Shown: positions 40,006 to 49,715, counted from the stretch's first letter. The stretch is DNA of 64,000 bases from an uncultured Ulvibacter sp. (GCA_963974915.1 CAXBES010000014.1:49633-113632), one strand, 5' to 3'. The notes: generated by a model not told the origin, from the letters alone. Translations and numbers: made by a program.

Positions 40006-41070
40006 TTAATTGAATTCTGAAAATTCCGCAATAAAATTCTCAATTAACACGGGTACAGCATACTGTCGAACCATACTTACAGGAATACTTTTTTCTGTAA
40101 TTTCTGAAACTTCTGCAATCCAGAAACGCGTGTACAGATGCTGATGTGATAGTTTATGTATCACAGGATCTTCATTAAATAAAATTAAACTTTCAATGTT
40201 ATAAGCCGCTTCCAACTCTTGATAGTCCTGTAAGTTTTTCAATTGTATCGCATCTACTTCGGTGGTGGTCTCAACAAGTGGAAACTCGTACAGTTTTTGC
40301 CAAATTCCACGTTCAGTTCGCTGTCTTAAAAGAGTTTGCTCATTTTCAGACAGAAAAACTATATAATTAAAGTATCGCTTTCTAACTTTCAGCTTTTTTA
40401 TCTTAACCGGCAACACAGAAACCTTACTTTCGGAGTAAGCGACACAGGAATCATTGAAAATACAATTCGAACAATTCGGATTTTGGGGTATGCAAAATCG
40501 AGCTCCAAATTCCATAATAGCCTGATTAAATGTTCCCGGCGAATCTTTGTCTATAAGTTGTTGAGCCAGAGCCTTAAATTCTTTAATCCCCTTAGAGCTG
40601 TTTATTGGGGTATCTATTCCGAAGAAACGAGAAAGAACACGATATACATTTCCATCAACCACCGCTGTGGGCTTATCAAAACAAATAGAGGCAATGGCGC
40701 TGGCCGTATAATCGCCTACCCCTTTTAGTTTTAGGAGATCATGAAATGTAGCCGGGAAATCTCCTTTTAATTCCCTACTTATATATTTTGCGGTAAAATG
40801 CAGGTTTCTGGCGCGGGAATAATAACCTAAACCCTGCCAAAGTTTTAAAATTTTATCTTCGGAAGCGTTCGCTAAATCATGAATTGTAGGAAAAGCCTTT
40901 GTAAATTTAAAATAATACGGAAGTCCCTGTGCTACTCGTGTTTGCTGAAGCATGATCTCAGAGAGCCAAATAAAATATGGGTCCTTTGTACTTCTCCAGG
41001 GCAGGTCGCGTTTATTTTGTAAGTACCACTTAATGAGTTTTTTACGGAAATATGAGGCTTGAATAGGCAT
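40006..41070 (-). CDS. mutY: A/G-specific adenine glycosylase
   Basis: HhH-GPD domain, 4Fe-4S Cys cluster (C…C..C…C) and a NUDIX-like C-terminus. Confidence 0.88.
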   Translation of the reverse strand: MPIQASYFRKKLIKWYLQNKRDLPWRSTKDPYFIWLSEIMLQQTRVAQGLPYYFKFTKAFPTIHDLANASEDKILKLWQGLGYYSRARNLHFTAKYISRELKGDFPATFHDLLKLKGVGDYTASAIASICFDKPTAVVDGNVYRVLSRFFGIDTPINSSKGIKEFKALAQQLIDKDSPGTFNQAIMEFGARFCIPQNPNCSNCIFNDSCVAYSESKVSVLPVKIKKLKVRKRYFNYIVFLSENEQTLLRQRTERGIWQKLYEFPLVETTTEVDAIQLKNLQDYQELEAAYNIESLILFNEDPVIHKLSHQHLYTRFWIAEVSEITEKSIPVSMVRQYAVPVLIENFIAEFSEFN

Positions 41071-41116
41071 TTCACAAATGTAACCTATATCTAATTATAT
41101 TTTAATGCATTACGAT

Positions 41117-41148
41117 TTGATTAATTGATTTTAAAATCCGTATATTTG
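41117..41148 (+). promoter_or_regulatory. putative Bacteroidetes sigmaA promoter for hup (TTG … TATATTTG)
   Basis: TAnnTTTG -7 motif at 41141-41148 with TTG 21 nt upstream. Confidence 0.3.
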
Positions 41149-41197
41149 CCCTCTTGAAAAAAAACCTATACTTTATTAATATTAAAAAAAAATTAGA

Positions 41198-41488
41198 ATG
41201 ACGAAAGCAGATATTGTAGCGAAAATTTCAGAAAAATTAGGAATGGAAAAAGGAGATGTTCAAGCTACTGTTGAGACCTTTATGGAAGAGGTTAAAACTT
41301 CTTTAGAAGGTGGTGATAATGTTTACCTACGTGGATTTGGAAGTTTTATCATTAAAACTAGAGCCGAAAAAACCGGTAGAAATATTTCAAAGAATACAAC
41401 TATTAAAATTCCTGCACACAACATCCCCGCATTTAAGCCTGCAAAGATATTTGTTGAAGGAGTTAAGACAAACGTTGAAGTAAAGTAA
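41198..41488 (+). CDS. hup: HU-family DNA-binding protein
   Basis: 96 aa; HU/IHF fold (…RGFGSF…ARxGRNxxT…). Confidence 0.9.
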   Translation: MTKADIVAKISEKLGMEKGDVQATVETFMEEVKTSLEGGDNVYLRGFGSFIIKTRAEKTGRNISKNTTIKIPAHNIPAFKPAKIFVEGVKTNVEVK

Positions 41489-41536
41489 TAACCCAGCCCT
41501 GTAGTTCGATCTACGGGGCATTATAAAAGATTAAGT

Positions 41537-41626
41537 ATGCCAAGTGGTAAAAAAAGAAAAAGACATAAGGTAGCGACGCATAAGCGTAAGAAAAGAAGAC
41601 GCGCTAACCGCCACAAGAAAAAGTAG
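41537..41626 (+). CDS. 29-aa ultra-basic peptide (MPSGKKRKRHKVATHKRKKRRRANRHKKK), probably a small ribosomal (bS22/THX-like) protein
   Basis: ATG at 41537, stop at 41624. Followed immediately by a strong rho-independent terminator. Composition resembles small basic ribosomal proteins. Confidence 0.45.
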   Translation: MPSGKKRKRHKVATHKRKKRRRANRHKKK

Positions 41627-41649
41627 GTACAACCTACTTTTTTCTTTTA
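41619..41649 (+). terminator. rho-independent terminator
   Basis: GTAGGT-acaa-CCTAC followed by TTTTTTTCTTTT. Confidence 0.7.
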
Positions 41650-41828
41650 CTAAAGAGAATAAAATCGTTCTTTGAAAATGAAATTGCTATATTTTTTACC
41701 TGAATTTTAGTGATTTCGACGGGTTACCCGCTTAAACTGCGGGATATTACAAAACCTGTAATAAATTATTGTTTAATCCATTTGTCCCGATGCTATAAAA
41801 AATTGGGATGGATAAAAATTAATGTTAA

Positions 41829-43379
41829 GTGAACTACGAATTATTTATTAGATCCAGTTCACGAGAAGTTGATTTTGCCCTTTTAAAAGATGGAAGACTA
41901 ATTGAACTAAATAAGGAAGAAGAGGACAACAAGTTTTCGGTTGGAGATATTTATCTCGCAAAGATCCGTAAAACTGTTCCCGGACTTAACGCAGCATTCG
42001 TTAATGTTGGTTATGAGAAAGATGCTTTTTTGCATTATCATGATCTAGGTCCAAAAGTACTTTCCTTATTGAAGTTCGTTAAACGTGTAAGTACAGGTAA
42101 ACTTAAAGATTATTCTTTAAAAGAATTCCCATTAGAAAAAGAGATTGATAAGAATGGAGGCATCAACGACGCCTTAAAATCTAATCAGTCTATTCTGGTA
42201 CAAATTGTTAAAGAACCCATTTCTACTAAAGGACCACGTATAAGTTCAGAGCTTTCCATAGCCGGACGATATATAGTATTGGTTCCATTTTCAGATCGAG
42301 TTTCTATTTCTCAAAAAATAGAATCGAAAGAAGAAAAAGAAAGGCTAAAACGCTTAATTACAAGCATCAAGCCAAAAGGATTTGGAGTAATTATACGAAC
42401 CGTAGCAGAGGGCAAAAAAGTAGCAGAACTGGATAGAGATTTACAAAATCTCACAGATCGCTGGACGGCGATGTGTAAAAAGCTACAAGGAGCGCACCAT
42501 CCTAGTAAGGTGTTAAGTGAATTAAGTAGAGGGTCTTCTATGATTCGAGATGTATTTAACGATCAATTTTCGGCAATACACATAGACGATGAAACCCTTT
42601 ATTTACAAATAAAAGATTATGTGCAGGAAATTGCACCTAACAAAGAGAATATCGTCAAGTTTTATGACTCTAAAGTTCCAATTTTTGAAAAATTCGGAAT
42701 TGAACGTCAGATTAAAACTTCCTTTGGACGAACCGTATCCGGAAGCAAAGGAACCTATTTAGTGATTGAGCACACCGAAGCCATGCACGTTATAGACGTG
42801 AATAGCGGAAACCGTAGCAATAAATCAAAAAATCAGGAAGACACCGCTCTCGAAGTAAATATAATTGCCGCAACCGAAGTGGCAAGACAATTGCGATTGA
42901 GAGATATGGGAGGAATTATAGTGGTAGATTTCATTGATATGGGATCTTCAGCTAATAGAAAGAAGCTCTACGACCATCTTCGAAACGAGATGAAAGACGA
43001 TAGAGCCAAACACAAGATTCTTCCGCCAAGTAAATTTGGCTTGATACAAATTACCCGCCAACGCGTGAGGCCTGAGATGAACATTAAAACCAGAGAGGAA
43101 GATCCCAGCAACGGGATTGGAGATGACGGTGAGATCGAAGCGCCAATTGGAGTGGTAGATAAAATTAATGAAGATGTAAAACGCCTCTTCAAAAAAGACT
43201 ATAAAAAGATCACATTAAACGCACATCCTTTTATAGCAGCTTATTTAATTAAAGGATTTCCATCTGTGCGAACCAAATGGTTCATGGAGCACAAAAAATG
43301 GGTAAAAATTCAACCTAGAGACGCTTACACGTATCTTGAATACCATTTCCACGACAAAAATGGCGAGGAAATTATTTAA
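41829..43379 (+). CDS. rng: ribonuclease E/G family protein (RNase G-like)
   Basis: S1 domain, DNase-I-like/RNase E catalytic core (…VIDVNSG…). GTG start at 41829. Confidence 0.85.
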   Translation: MNYELFIRSSSREVDFALLKDGRLIELNKEEEDNKFSVGDIYLAKIRKTVPGLNAAFVNVGYEKDAFLHYHDLGPKVLSLLKFVKRVSTGKLKDYSLKEFPLEKEIDKNGGINDALKSNQSILVQIVKEPISTKGPRISSELSIAGRYIVLVPFSDRVSISQKIESKEEKERLKRLITSIKPKGFGVIIRTVAEGKKVAELDRDLQNLTDRWTAMCKKLQGAHHPSKVLSELSRGSSMIRDVFNDQFSAIHIDDETLYLQIKDYVQEIAPNKENIVKFYDSKVPIFEKFGIERQIKTSFGRTVSGSKGTYLVIEHTEAMHVIDVNSGNRSNKSKNQEDTALEVNIIAATEVARQLRLRDMGGIIVVDFIDMGSSANRKKLYDHLRNEMKDDRAKHKILPPSKFGLIQITRQRVRPEMNIKTREEDPSNGIGDDGEIEAPIGVVDKINEDVKRLFKKDYKKITLNAHPFIAAYLIKGFPSVRTKWFMEHKKWVKIQPRDAYTYLEYHFHDKNGEEII

Positions 43380-43384
43380 ACCTT

Positions 43385-43425
43385 AAATCCCTTTTAGATG
43401 TATTTCCGAAAGGGATTTTTTTTTA
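43385..43425 (+). terminator. rho-independent terminator after rng
   Basis: AAATCCCTTTT…AAAGGGATTT followed by a T9 run. Confidence 0.65.
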
Positions 43426-43611
43426 CACCTTCAATATATTTTCGGTGCACTAGTAGGGCATTCGGTAAAGTAGAGCAAAGCTCACTTTACCGTCGCGCTT
43501 TCGGTGTTACGAGGTAACTTACCTCAATCCCTAATGCGGACCCCTCTCTGCCTTACGGCATCTCTCCCAAAGAGAGAGAAGATTTTCAAATTCATTACTT
43601 ACTTTTGCAGG

Positions 43612-44091
43612 GTGCGAGCCCACAAGACATACTCCGTAGCCGAAGCCACCCAACGCATGGAGCGTTATTGCGCTTACCAGGAACGGTGTCATAAAGAAGT
43701 TGAAACAAAATTGAAACAAATGCGAATGATACCCGAAGCGCGGGACCAGATCATCTATCATTTGCTTCAACATAATTTCTTGAACGAAACCAGATTTTCA
43801 CAGGCTTTTTCCAGAGGGAAATTTAGAACTAAGAAATGGGGAAAGAATCGCATCGTGAACGAACTAAAGCTTCGGAATATTTCTACCTACAACATTAAAT
43901 TGGCACTTAAAGAAATCTCGGAAGCTGAGTATTTAGAGACCTTCGATAAGCTTTCAGAAAAACGACTTTCACAGCTAGTTTCAGAAGAAAACATTCAGAA
44001 AAAAAGAAAAAAATTAGCAGATTACTTACTTTATCGGGGTTGGGAATCGCATTTAGTGTACGATAAAGTAAACGAACTGCTTAAATATTAA
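43612..44091 (+). CDS. recX: regulatory protein RecX
   Basis: …YCAYQERCHKEV… N-terminal RecX signature. GTG 43612 is the preferred start; the upstream in-frame extension is leader sequence. Confidence 0.75.
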   Translation: MRAHKTYSVAEATQRMERYCAYQERCHKEVETKLKQMRMIPEARDQIIYHLLQHNFLNETRFSQAFSRGKFRTKKWGKNRIVNELKLRNISTYNIKLALKEISEAEYLETFDKLSEKRLSQLVSEENIQKKRKKLADYLLYRGWESHLVYDKVNELLKY

Positions 44092-44596
44092 ACGATGCTC
44101 CTAGATTTACCGACACCTGATTGTGTAATTTTTCTGCCGGACTCAACACACCGGTATCATACTTAGCGAACGGCACGTTAAGTTCAGAAAAAACGCCAAA
44201 GCCGGAGGTGAAAAAGTACCTAACCCCAAGATGACCACCAAAATTCTTTAAACTTACATGCAATCCTGGATATACATCTAACTGCTCACTAACGTTTATA
44301 ACGTTGCCCAGATTAGCATTAAAGCGAGCCTTTACATCAAATCTATCCTGAAATTCAGCGAAAGGCTCTTCATCCCCATCAAGATTAATTACTTTCTCCA
44401 CACCCAAGAGGTAGGTTGATGCCACCCCAAGCGAAATATTTTCACCAAGACCAAAATCGAGACTACTCATTATTCCGGTTCCGTTTTGCTGTAAGTTGGC
44501 ACCTACTTGAAACTTTACGTCTCCCTTTCCGGTGAACGCTTGCGCGAAGATGAAGTGAGTAGATAAGAAGCTTAATAGTAGTATAAGTTTTTTCAT
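44081..44596 (-). CDS. outer-membrane beta-barrel (porin-like) protein
   Basis: Signal peptide, alternating hydrophobic beta-strand pattern, C-terminal …SFNI. Confidence 0.5.
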   Translation of the reverse strand: MKKLILLLSFLSTHFIFAQAFTGKGDVKFQVGANLQQNGTGIMSSLDFGLGENISLGVASTYLLGVEKVINLDGDEEPFAEFQDRFDVKARFNANLGNVINVSEQLDVYPGLHVSLKNFGGHLGVRYFFTSGFGVFSELNVPFAKYDTGVLSPAEKLHNQVSVNLGASFNI

Positions 44597-44631
44597 GATC
44601 TTCTTTATTTTCTACTACAAATATATTTCTT

Positions 44632-45489
44632 TTAGCTCACAATTTTATTTGTTCTTACAATTGCCTGCTCATTCTTCCAATCTATCCAGCGTTGCCCTTT
44701 TAACTTTCGCATCAAAATATCGAAATAACGCATAATAACTATATTGTAAATTGCCTTAGCCAAATTCTTTGGTCTCTTGGGTGTAGATCGTAAGCTCATA
44801 GAAAATCCGGGTGTGATATACCGCATATAATGCCAATAACCCTCGGGCATATACAAGATATTTCCATGTTCAAGATGCGTTTTAAAGCCTTCTGCCTGCT
44901 TAAGTGCCGGCCATTTATCAAAATCAGGGTTCGAAAAATCAATATCTTCTCTTGTAATTAAAGAATGAGGTACTTTGTATAAGAATTCATTCTGACTCTG
45001 ATCAAAGAGAATTGCTTCCTTTTTTCCGTTAAAGTGAAAGTGAAAAATGTTCGCAAGATCTATGTCGTAATGCATAAACGTGTACGAGTTCATACCCCCA
45101 AAGAAAAGCATGGGGAGTTTCTTCATAAGCTTTAATCCGAAGTCTGGATACGAAAAATCCTGTTGCAGTTCCGGAATTTCCTTCAGCATATTCCATAAGA
45201 AAATACGGTATTTTGTTGGCTCTTTTTTAAGCAACTCAATATAGTCGCTCATTTTCATACTGGAGTGAGGTTCGTTGAATCCGTCTTTATGGTCCACAGG
45301 CCGATTATCGTAGAGGGGAACGGTTTTGTCTCCCGCTACCTTAGCCATATAATCTAAGTCCCATTTTTCAAATGCAGGCCAATCTTTTATATAATTTTCA
45401 ATCACCACAGGTTTCTGTGGTTTAAAATAATTTTCAAGGAAATCTTCCTTACTAATCGTTTCTACTCTGTCAATTTCCCGTAATCTCAT
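44632..45489 (-). CDS. cupin-like/JmjC-domain protein
   Basis: Cupin_8-type His/Asp…His spacing (…HYD…HFHF…). Confidence 0.55.
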   Translation of the reverse strand: MRLREIDRVETISKEDFLENYFKPQKPVVIENYIKDWPAFEKWDLDYMAKVAGDKTVPLYDNRPVDHKDGFNEPHSSMKMSDYIELLKKEPTKYRIFLWNMLKEIPELQQDFSYPDFGLKLMKKLPMLFFGGMNSYTFMHYDIDLANIFHFHFNGKKEAILFDQSQNEFLYKVPHSLITREDIDFSNPDFDKWPALKQAEGFKTHLEHGNILYMPEGYWHYMRYITPGFSMSLRSTPKRPKNLAKAIYNIVIMRYFDILMRKLKGQRWIDWKNEQAIVRTNKIVS

Positions 45490-45601
45490 ACACTTATTGA
45501 AGTCAACAAATTTACGAAACTTATACGTTTTTGGTTTTTAAAATTAGTTAAAACAAAAGGCCGGTAAATTACCGACCTTTTTGCATTAATATGATAAAAT
45601 G

Positions 45602-46234
45602 TTACGGATTTGTGGTAACTACCAAAGCTTCCGAAAATTCACTTACCCCATCAGATCCACAGTTCGCTCTAACATAAATTTCATATGTTGTCCCGGGTGT
45701 TAGACCTGTTAGCGTGTACACATTTTGTGAGGTTGGAATCACATTCACACCGTTTGGTGTATACGGAGCTATTCCGAAGTCAATTTCCCAGGCGGTCTCA
45801 TTATTTTCAAGCCAGCTTAACTCAATTGAATTTGAAGTAATAAGCCCACGACTTAGATCGGTTGGTGTATTACAGGCAGGATTACCTGTAAGTGTTACAA
45901 ATTCTATTTTAATATGATCGCTATATCCTTGTGAGCCACAATTTGAACGAACATAGACTTCATAATTCGTTCCCGGTGTTAACCCATTAATAAGAAAACT
46001 TGTTTGTGAGGTCTGGATCACCGTACCATTGCCTAACGTAAATCCGGAAATACCGTATTCAATTTCAAATGCAGTTTCACCCCCATCGTTCCAGCTCACA
46101 CGTACTGATGTGGTATTTAATTGATCAACTTCTATGTTTGAGGGTTTTGCACAGTTATTATTGTTAGAATCGTCATCTTTATTACATGAGATTAAAGCAA
46201 TACTAAGGAATGCCAATAAAAAGATCTTTTTCAT
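45602..46234 (-). CDS. lipoprotein with two tandem fibronectin type III-like domains
   Basis: Lipobox (ISCNKDD). Two about 90-aa internal repeats (…SVRVSWNDGGETAFEIEYG… and …SIELSWLENNETAWEIDFG…). Confidence 0.6.
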   Translation of the reverse strand: MKKIFLLAFLSIALISCNKDDDSNNNNCAKPSNIEVDQLNTTSVRVSWNDGGETAFEIEYGISGFTLGNGTVIQTSQTSFLINGLTPGTNYEVYVRSNCGSQGYSDHIKIEFVTLTGNPACNTPTDLSRGLITSNSIELSWLENNETAWEIDFGIAPYTPNGVNVIPTSQNVYTLTGLTPGTTYEIYVRANCGSDGVSEFSEALVVTTNP

Positions 46235-46342
46235 CCGTATTTAATTTTTGTTTTTCACTTTAACGGAAAGAATCATAAAATATTTAATCTCTTATCAAAA
46301 TACTTCAATTTTTTTTATCTCGATCCTGTAGTGACAGACGAT

Positions 46343-46367
46343 AAAAACCGGCACGAAGCCGGTTTTT
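46343..46367. terminator. bidirectional rho-independent terminator
   Basis: AAAAACCGGC-acgaa-GCCGGTTTTT. Confidence 0.65.
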
Positions 46368-46393
46368 ATCTACGCCAATATTAAATTCATTAT

Positions 46394-47812
46394 CTATTCT
46401 TTTGAACTAGATGGATTTGAGGTCTCATCTGTCGTATCCTCATCTAATTTTTTACCTTGTAAATACTCCGGTAGTTGCATCCCCGCCATATTAAACATCT
46501 CCTGTAAAGGCGGTACCGAGCCATACATTCCTGAAATAAAATTAGAGGTGGCAGTTTTACCATCTTTACCTGCACCATTTTCCCATACTGTTACCTTATC
46601 AATCTTAATATTTTTTATTGCATCGGCTTGTAATGCCACCAATTCGGGTAATTTATCTGCAATTAGAAGTAATGCAGCGTCTTTCGAATTGTTACCTGCA
46701 GCCTTTACAATCCTGTCTAAACCTTCGGCCTGTTTGGTTAAAACCTCAAAAATTCCCTGAGCCTCCGCCTGCGCTTTAAATAAGATCGCATCTGCCTCTC
46801 CTTTTGCTCGTCTTCTAATTTTTTCGGCCTCAGCTTCGGCATCAATCTCAACTTTTTGCTTGTCAATTTCGGCAGGAACAATAATATCGGCAAGTTGAGT
46901 ACTACGTTCTCTTTCGGCTCTTGTCTTTTCTGCTTCTTTTTCGGCGATATAAGATTCTTCCAAAGCTTTAGCAGATTGTACTTTCTCTGAGGCGATGGCG
47001 ACACGTTCGGCTTCTGCTTCTCTTTGCCTACGAAGAGAATCGGAATTCGCAACTTCTATTTTCGCGATATTTTCTCCTTCAACGGCTTTTGCATTTGCTG
47101 CGGCCACCTGAGTTCTTTCATCCTGTAAGGCATTTGCTTCCCCAATGGAACCGTCTCTGTTCTTCTCTGCAACCGACTTTCGGGCAGCGTTGATAGCATG
47201 CGCCGCTGCTTCTTTACCAAGGGCTTCAATATATCCCGATTCATCTACGATATCGGTAATATTTACATTGATCAACTTAAGACCTACTTTTTTCAATTCA
47301 GATTCAACACTGTTAGAAATGTTGCTTAAAAACTTATCTCTATCCGAATTAATCTCTTCAATATCCATTGAAGCAACTACCAAACGCAGCTGTCCGAAAA
47401 TAATTTCTTTTGCCAATTCTTGAACCTGTTCCAGACCCTGCCCAAGTAATCTTTCGGCAGCATTCTGCATGATTCCGGGTTCGGTAGAAATACCAATTGT
47501 AAAGCGAGATGGCACATTTACACGAATATTTTGTTTACTTAATGCGTTTACAAGATTCACCTCTATTGAAATAGGGGTAAGGTCCAAATACTCGTAATCC
47601 TGTATTACCGGCCAGATAAAGGCTGCACCTCCGTGAATACATCTGGCCGAATTACCGGTCCCAACTTTTCCGTAGACTACCAATATCCTGTCCGATGGGC
47701 ATCGCTTATACCTTCGTATAAAGGTTATCAAGATTATAAAGACGAATAGAATTGCAAACCCTATCGCCAATAGTGGTGCAAATCCTTCAGTTTGTAGTGC
47801 AAAATTTATCAT
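46394..47812 (-). CDS. flotillin-like SPFH/band-7 protein (YqiK/FloT-like)
   Basis: N-terminal TM, SPFH domain, long EA-rich coiled coil. Confidence 0.8.
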   Translation of the reverse strand: MINFALQTEGFAPLLAIGFAILFVFIILITFIRRYKRCPSDRILVVYGKVGTGNSARCIHGGAAFIWPVIQDYEYLDLTPISIEVNLVNALSKQNIRVNVPSRFTIGISTEPGIMQNAAERLLGQGLEQVQELAKEIIFGQLRLVVASMDIEEINSDRDKFLSNISNSVESELKKVGLKLINVNITDIVDESGYIEALGKEAAAHAINAARKSVAEKNRDGSIGEANALQDERTQVAAANAKAVEGENIAKIEVANSDSLRRQREAEAERVAIASEKVQSAKALEESYIAEKEAEKTRAERERSTQLADIIVPAEIDKQKVEIDAEAEAEKIRRRAKGEADAILFKAQAEAQGIFEVLTKQAEGLDRIVKAAGNNSKDAALLLIADKLPELVALQADAIKNIKIDKVTVWENGAGKDGKTATSNFISGMYGSVPPLQEMFNMAGMQLPEYLQGKKLDEDTTDETSNPSSSKE

Positions 47813-47813
47813 G

Positions 47814-48389
47814 TTACGAATTGTGTTTTCTTACTATTAATATTCCGTTATCTGTTATATCTGAAACCGTGACAATGGTATTTTGTTCGAGGTTATCATT
47901 TTCATCTGTCATTGCATCTAACTCACGTAAACTACCCTGAACTTTAACCGAAACCTTACCTATGCTACTCCTATTGGCACCAATAGTTAAGTAAACCTCA
48001 CCCACCTGGTGTATTGCATTCTTCATTTGTAACGATCCACTGCTGTTGAGTTTGCCCAGGTAATAAAAAACTGATGCCATTATAAACATCATTAACAATC
48101 CACAGGCAACAGAAATTAACACTGTAATTGGCTTAGAAACTCCCTCCTCGATACAGGCAATACCCACCCAACCAAAAATGGTAAAGAAACCTATGAGGTT
48201 CTTAAAGGATAAAAATTGAAAACCAATACCGGTGTCCGCATCAATTTCGGCATCAACATCCCCCATGTCATCCACTTCTCCTCCTATAAAGGTTAAGATG
48301 AGCAGGACAACGAAAATCCCTGAAGCAACAATAGCAATTATCCAATATATTTTTTCAAAAAGCACTAAATCTGCGAACCAATCGGTCAT
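47814..48389 (-). CDS. NfeD/YqiJ-like membrane protein (flotillin partner)
   Basis: TM helices plus a C-terminal OB-like beta domain. Stop is adjacent to the flotillin start. Confidence 0.55.
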   Translation of the reverse strand: MTDWFADLVLFEKIYWIIAIVASGIFVVLLILTFIGGEVDDMGDVDAEIDADTGIGFQFLSFKNLIGFFTIFGWVGIACIEEGVSKPITVLISVACGLLMMFIMASVFYYLGKLNSSGSLQMKNAIHQVGEVYLTIGANRSSIGKVSVKVQGSLRELDAMTDENDNLEQNTIVTVSDITDNGILIVRKHNS

Positions 48390-48731
48390 AATAATCTGGT
48401 TTGTTAAAATCGGTGAAGTAATATAGGTACTTTTTATAAGTAGCACAATAAGCCATTTTGTTACTTAATAACAAATATACTAACAGTATTTCTTCACATG
48501 AATTCGATTCTAATACCTAGTAAAGCTAATATCGACAACAATTTATAAGGATTTCTGAAGAAGATTTTTTTAGTACCAAATCAACATCGTTATATTGCTT
48601 TATTTAATTATTACGATATTAAATCCAATAGAAAAACTATCAGCTTTGTATGGTATTTAAGTCCTTAATCATCGTTAAAAAGACAAACAGAACCACTTTT
48701 TAGCTAACTTGCAATCATTAATTTTTCAAAA

Positions 48732-49262
48732 ATGATAACCTATAAAGTCGCCACGTCACGAGAAGAATTACGGCAGATCCTTGATCTACAAAAAGCAAAT
48801 TTAGCGGCGGTAATTTCTTCCGAAGAAAAGGAAAAAGAGGGTTTTGTCACCGTAGAACATACATTCGAAATACTTAAAGCAATGAACGATATGTGTCCGC
48901 ATATAATTGCCGTAGTCAACAATACCGTTGTGGGTTATGCGCTGTGCATGCACCCTAAATTTGCCGATACAATCGAGGTTTTAAGGCCAATGTTTAATGA
49001 AATATTAGTAGCTATTGAAGTTAACGTGTCATGGATTGTTATGGGACAGATCTGTATTGATAAAGAATACCGGCAACAAGGTATTTTCAGGAATCTATAT
49101 AAAACTATGTTAGAAGAGATTACACCGCGATTCTCTACAATCATCACGGAGGTGGATGCTTCAAACTCAAGGTCTATAAACGCTCATTACGGTATTGGTT
49201 TTAGGAAACTCTCTACTTACAAAGCCGATGGAAGGCTGTGGGAATTGATCTATTTAAAGTAA
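48732..49262 (+). CDS. GNAT-family N-acetyltransferase
   Basis: Acetyl-CoA binding motif region (…QGIFRNLYK…). Confidence 0.6.
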   Translation: MITYKVATSREELRQILDLQKANLAAVISSEEKEKEGFVTVEHTFEILKAMNDMCPHIIAVVNNTVVGYALCMHPKFADTIEVLRPMFNEILVAIEVNVSWIVMGQICIDKEYRQQGIFRNLYKTMLEEITPRFSTIITEVDASNSRSINAHYGIGFRKLSTYKADGRLWELIYLK

Positions 49263-49382
49263 TAGTCATTTCGAAGGAGCTTACGACTGAGAAATTCTAT
49301 CACACTAATTTGTCTCACCGTGTGTGTTTTCTCCATTTATGGCAGACATACTTTAAAAAACATGGAAAAAAATAGTTAAAAC

Positions 49383-49417
49383 CAAAAACACCTCAATTAA
49401 GAGGTGTTTTTATTTTA
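49383..49417. terminator. bidirectional rho-independent terminator (GNAT gene / atpC)
   Basis: AAACACCTC-aattaa-GAGGTGTTTTTATTTT. Confidence 0.7.
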
Positions 49418-49436
49418 TTATATTATGATTAAGCCT

Positions 49437-49715
49437 TTAATCTGCCAACACAATTACTTTATTATTATTCATCTCCACGGTTCCACCATTGATCTCTAAA
49501 ACCCATTTACCTTTGTCATCTTTGGTAAATTTCTTTTCAAAACCTTCGGCTATAGTAGGATTTCCTTTGAATTTCACTTCGCCTGCTGTAAGTAACGAGA
49601 CAATAGCAGCGTGATTATTCAACATTTCAAAAGATCCTTCAACACCTGGTACCGTTACGCTTTCTACATCACCCGATACGATAGCTGCTTCCGGAGTTAC
49701 AATTTCTAAATACAT
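49437..49715 (-). CDS. atpC: F0F1 ATP synthase subunit epsilon
   Basis: Short (92 aa) epsilon beta-sandwich, immediately downstream of atpD. Confidence 0.85.
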   Translation of the reverse strand: MYLEIVTPEAAIVSGDVESVTVPGVEGSFEMLNNHAAIVSLLTAGEVKFKGNPTIAEGFEKKFTKDDKGKWVLEINGGTVEMNNNKVIVLAD

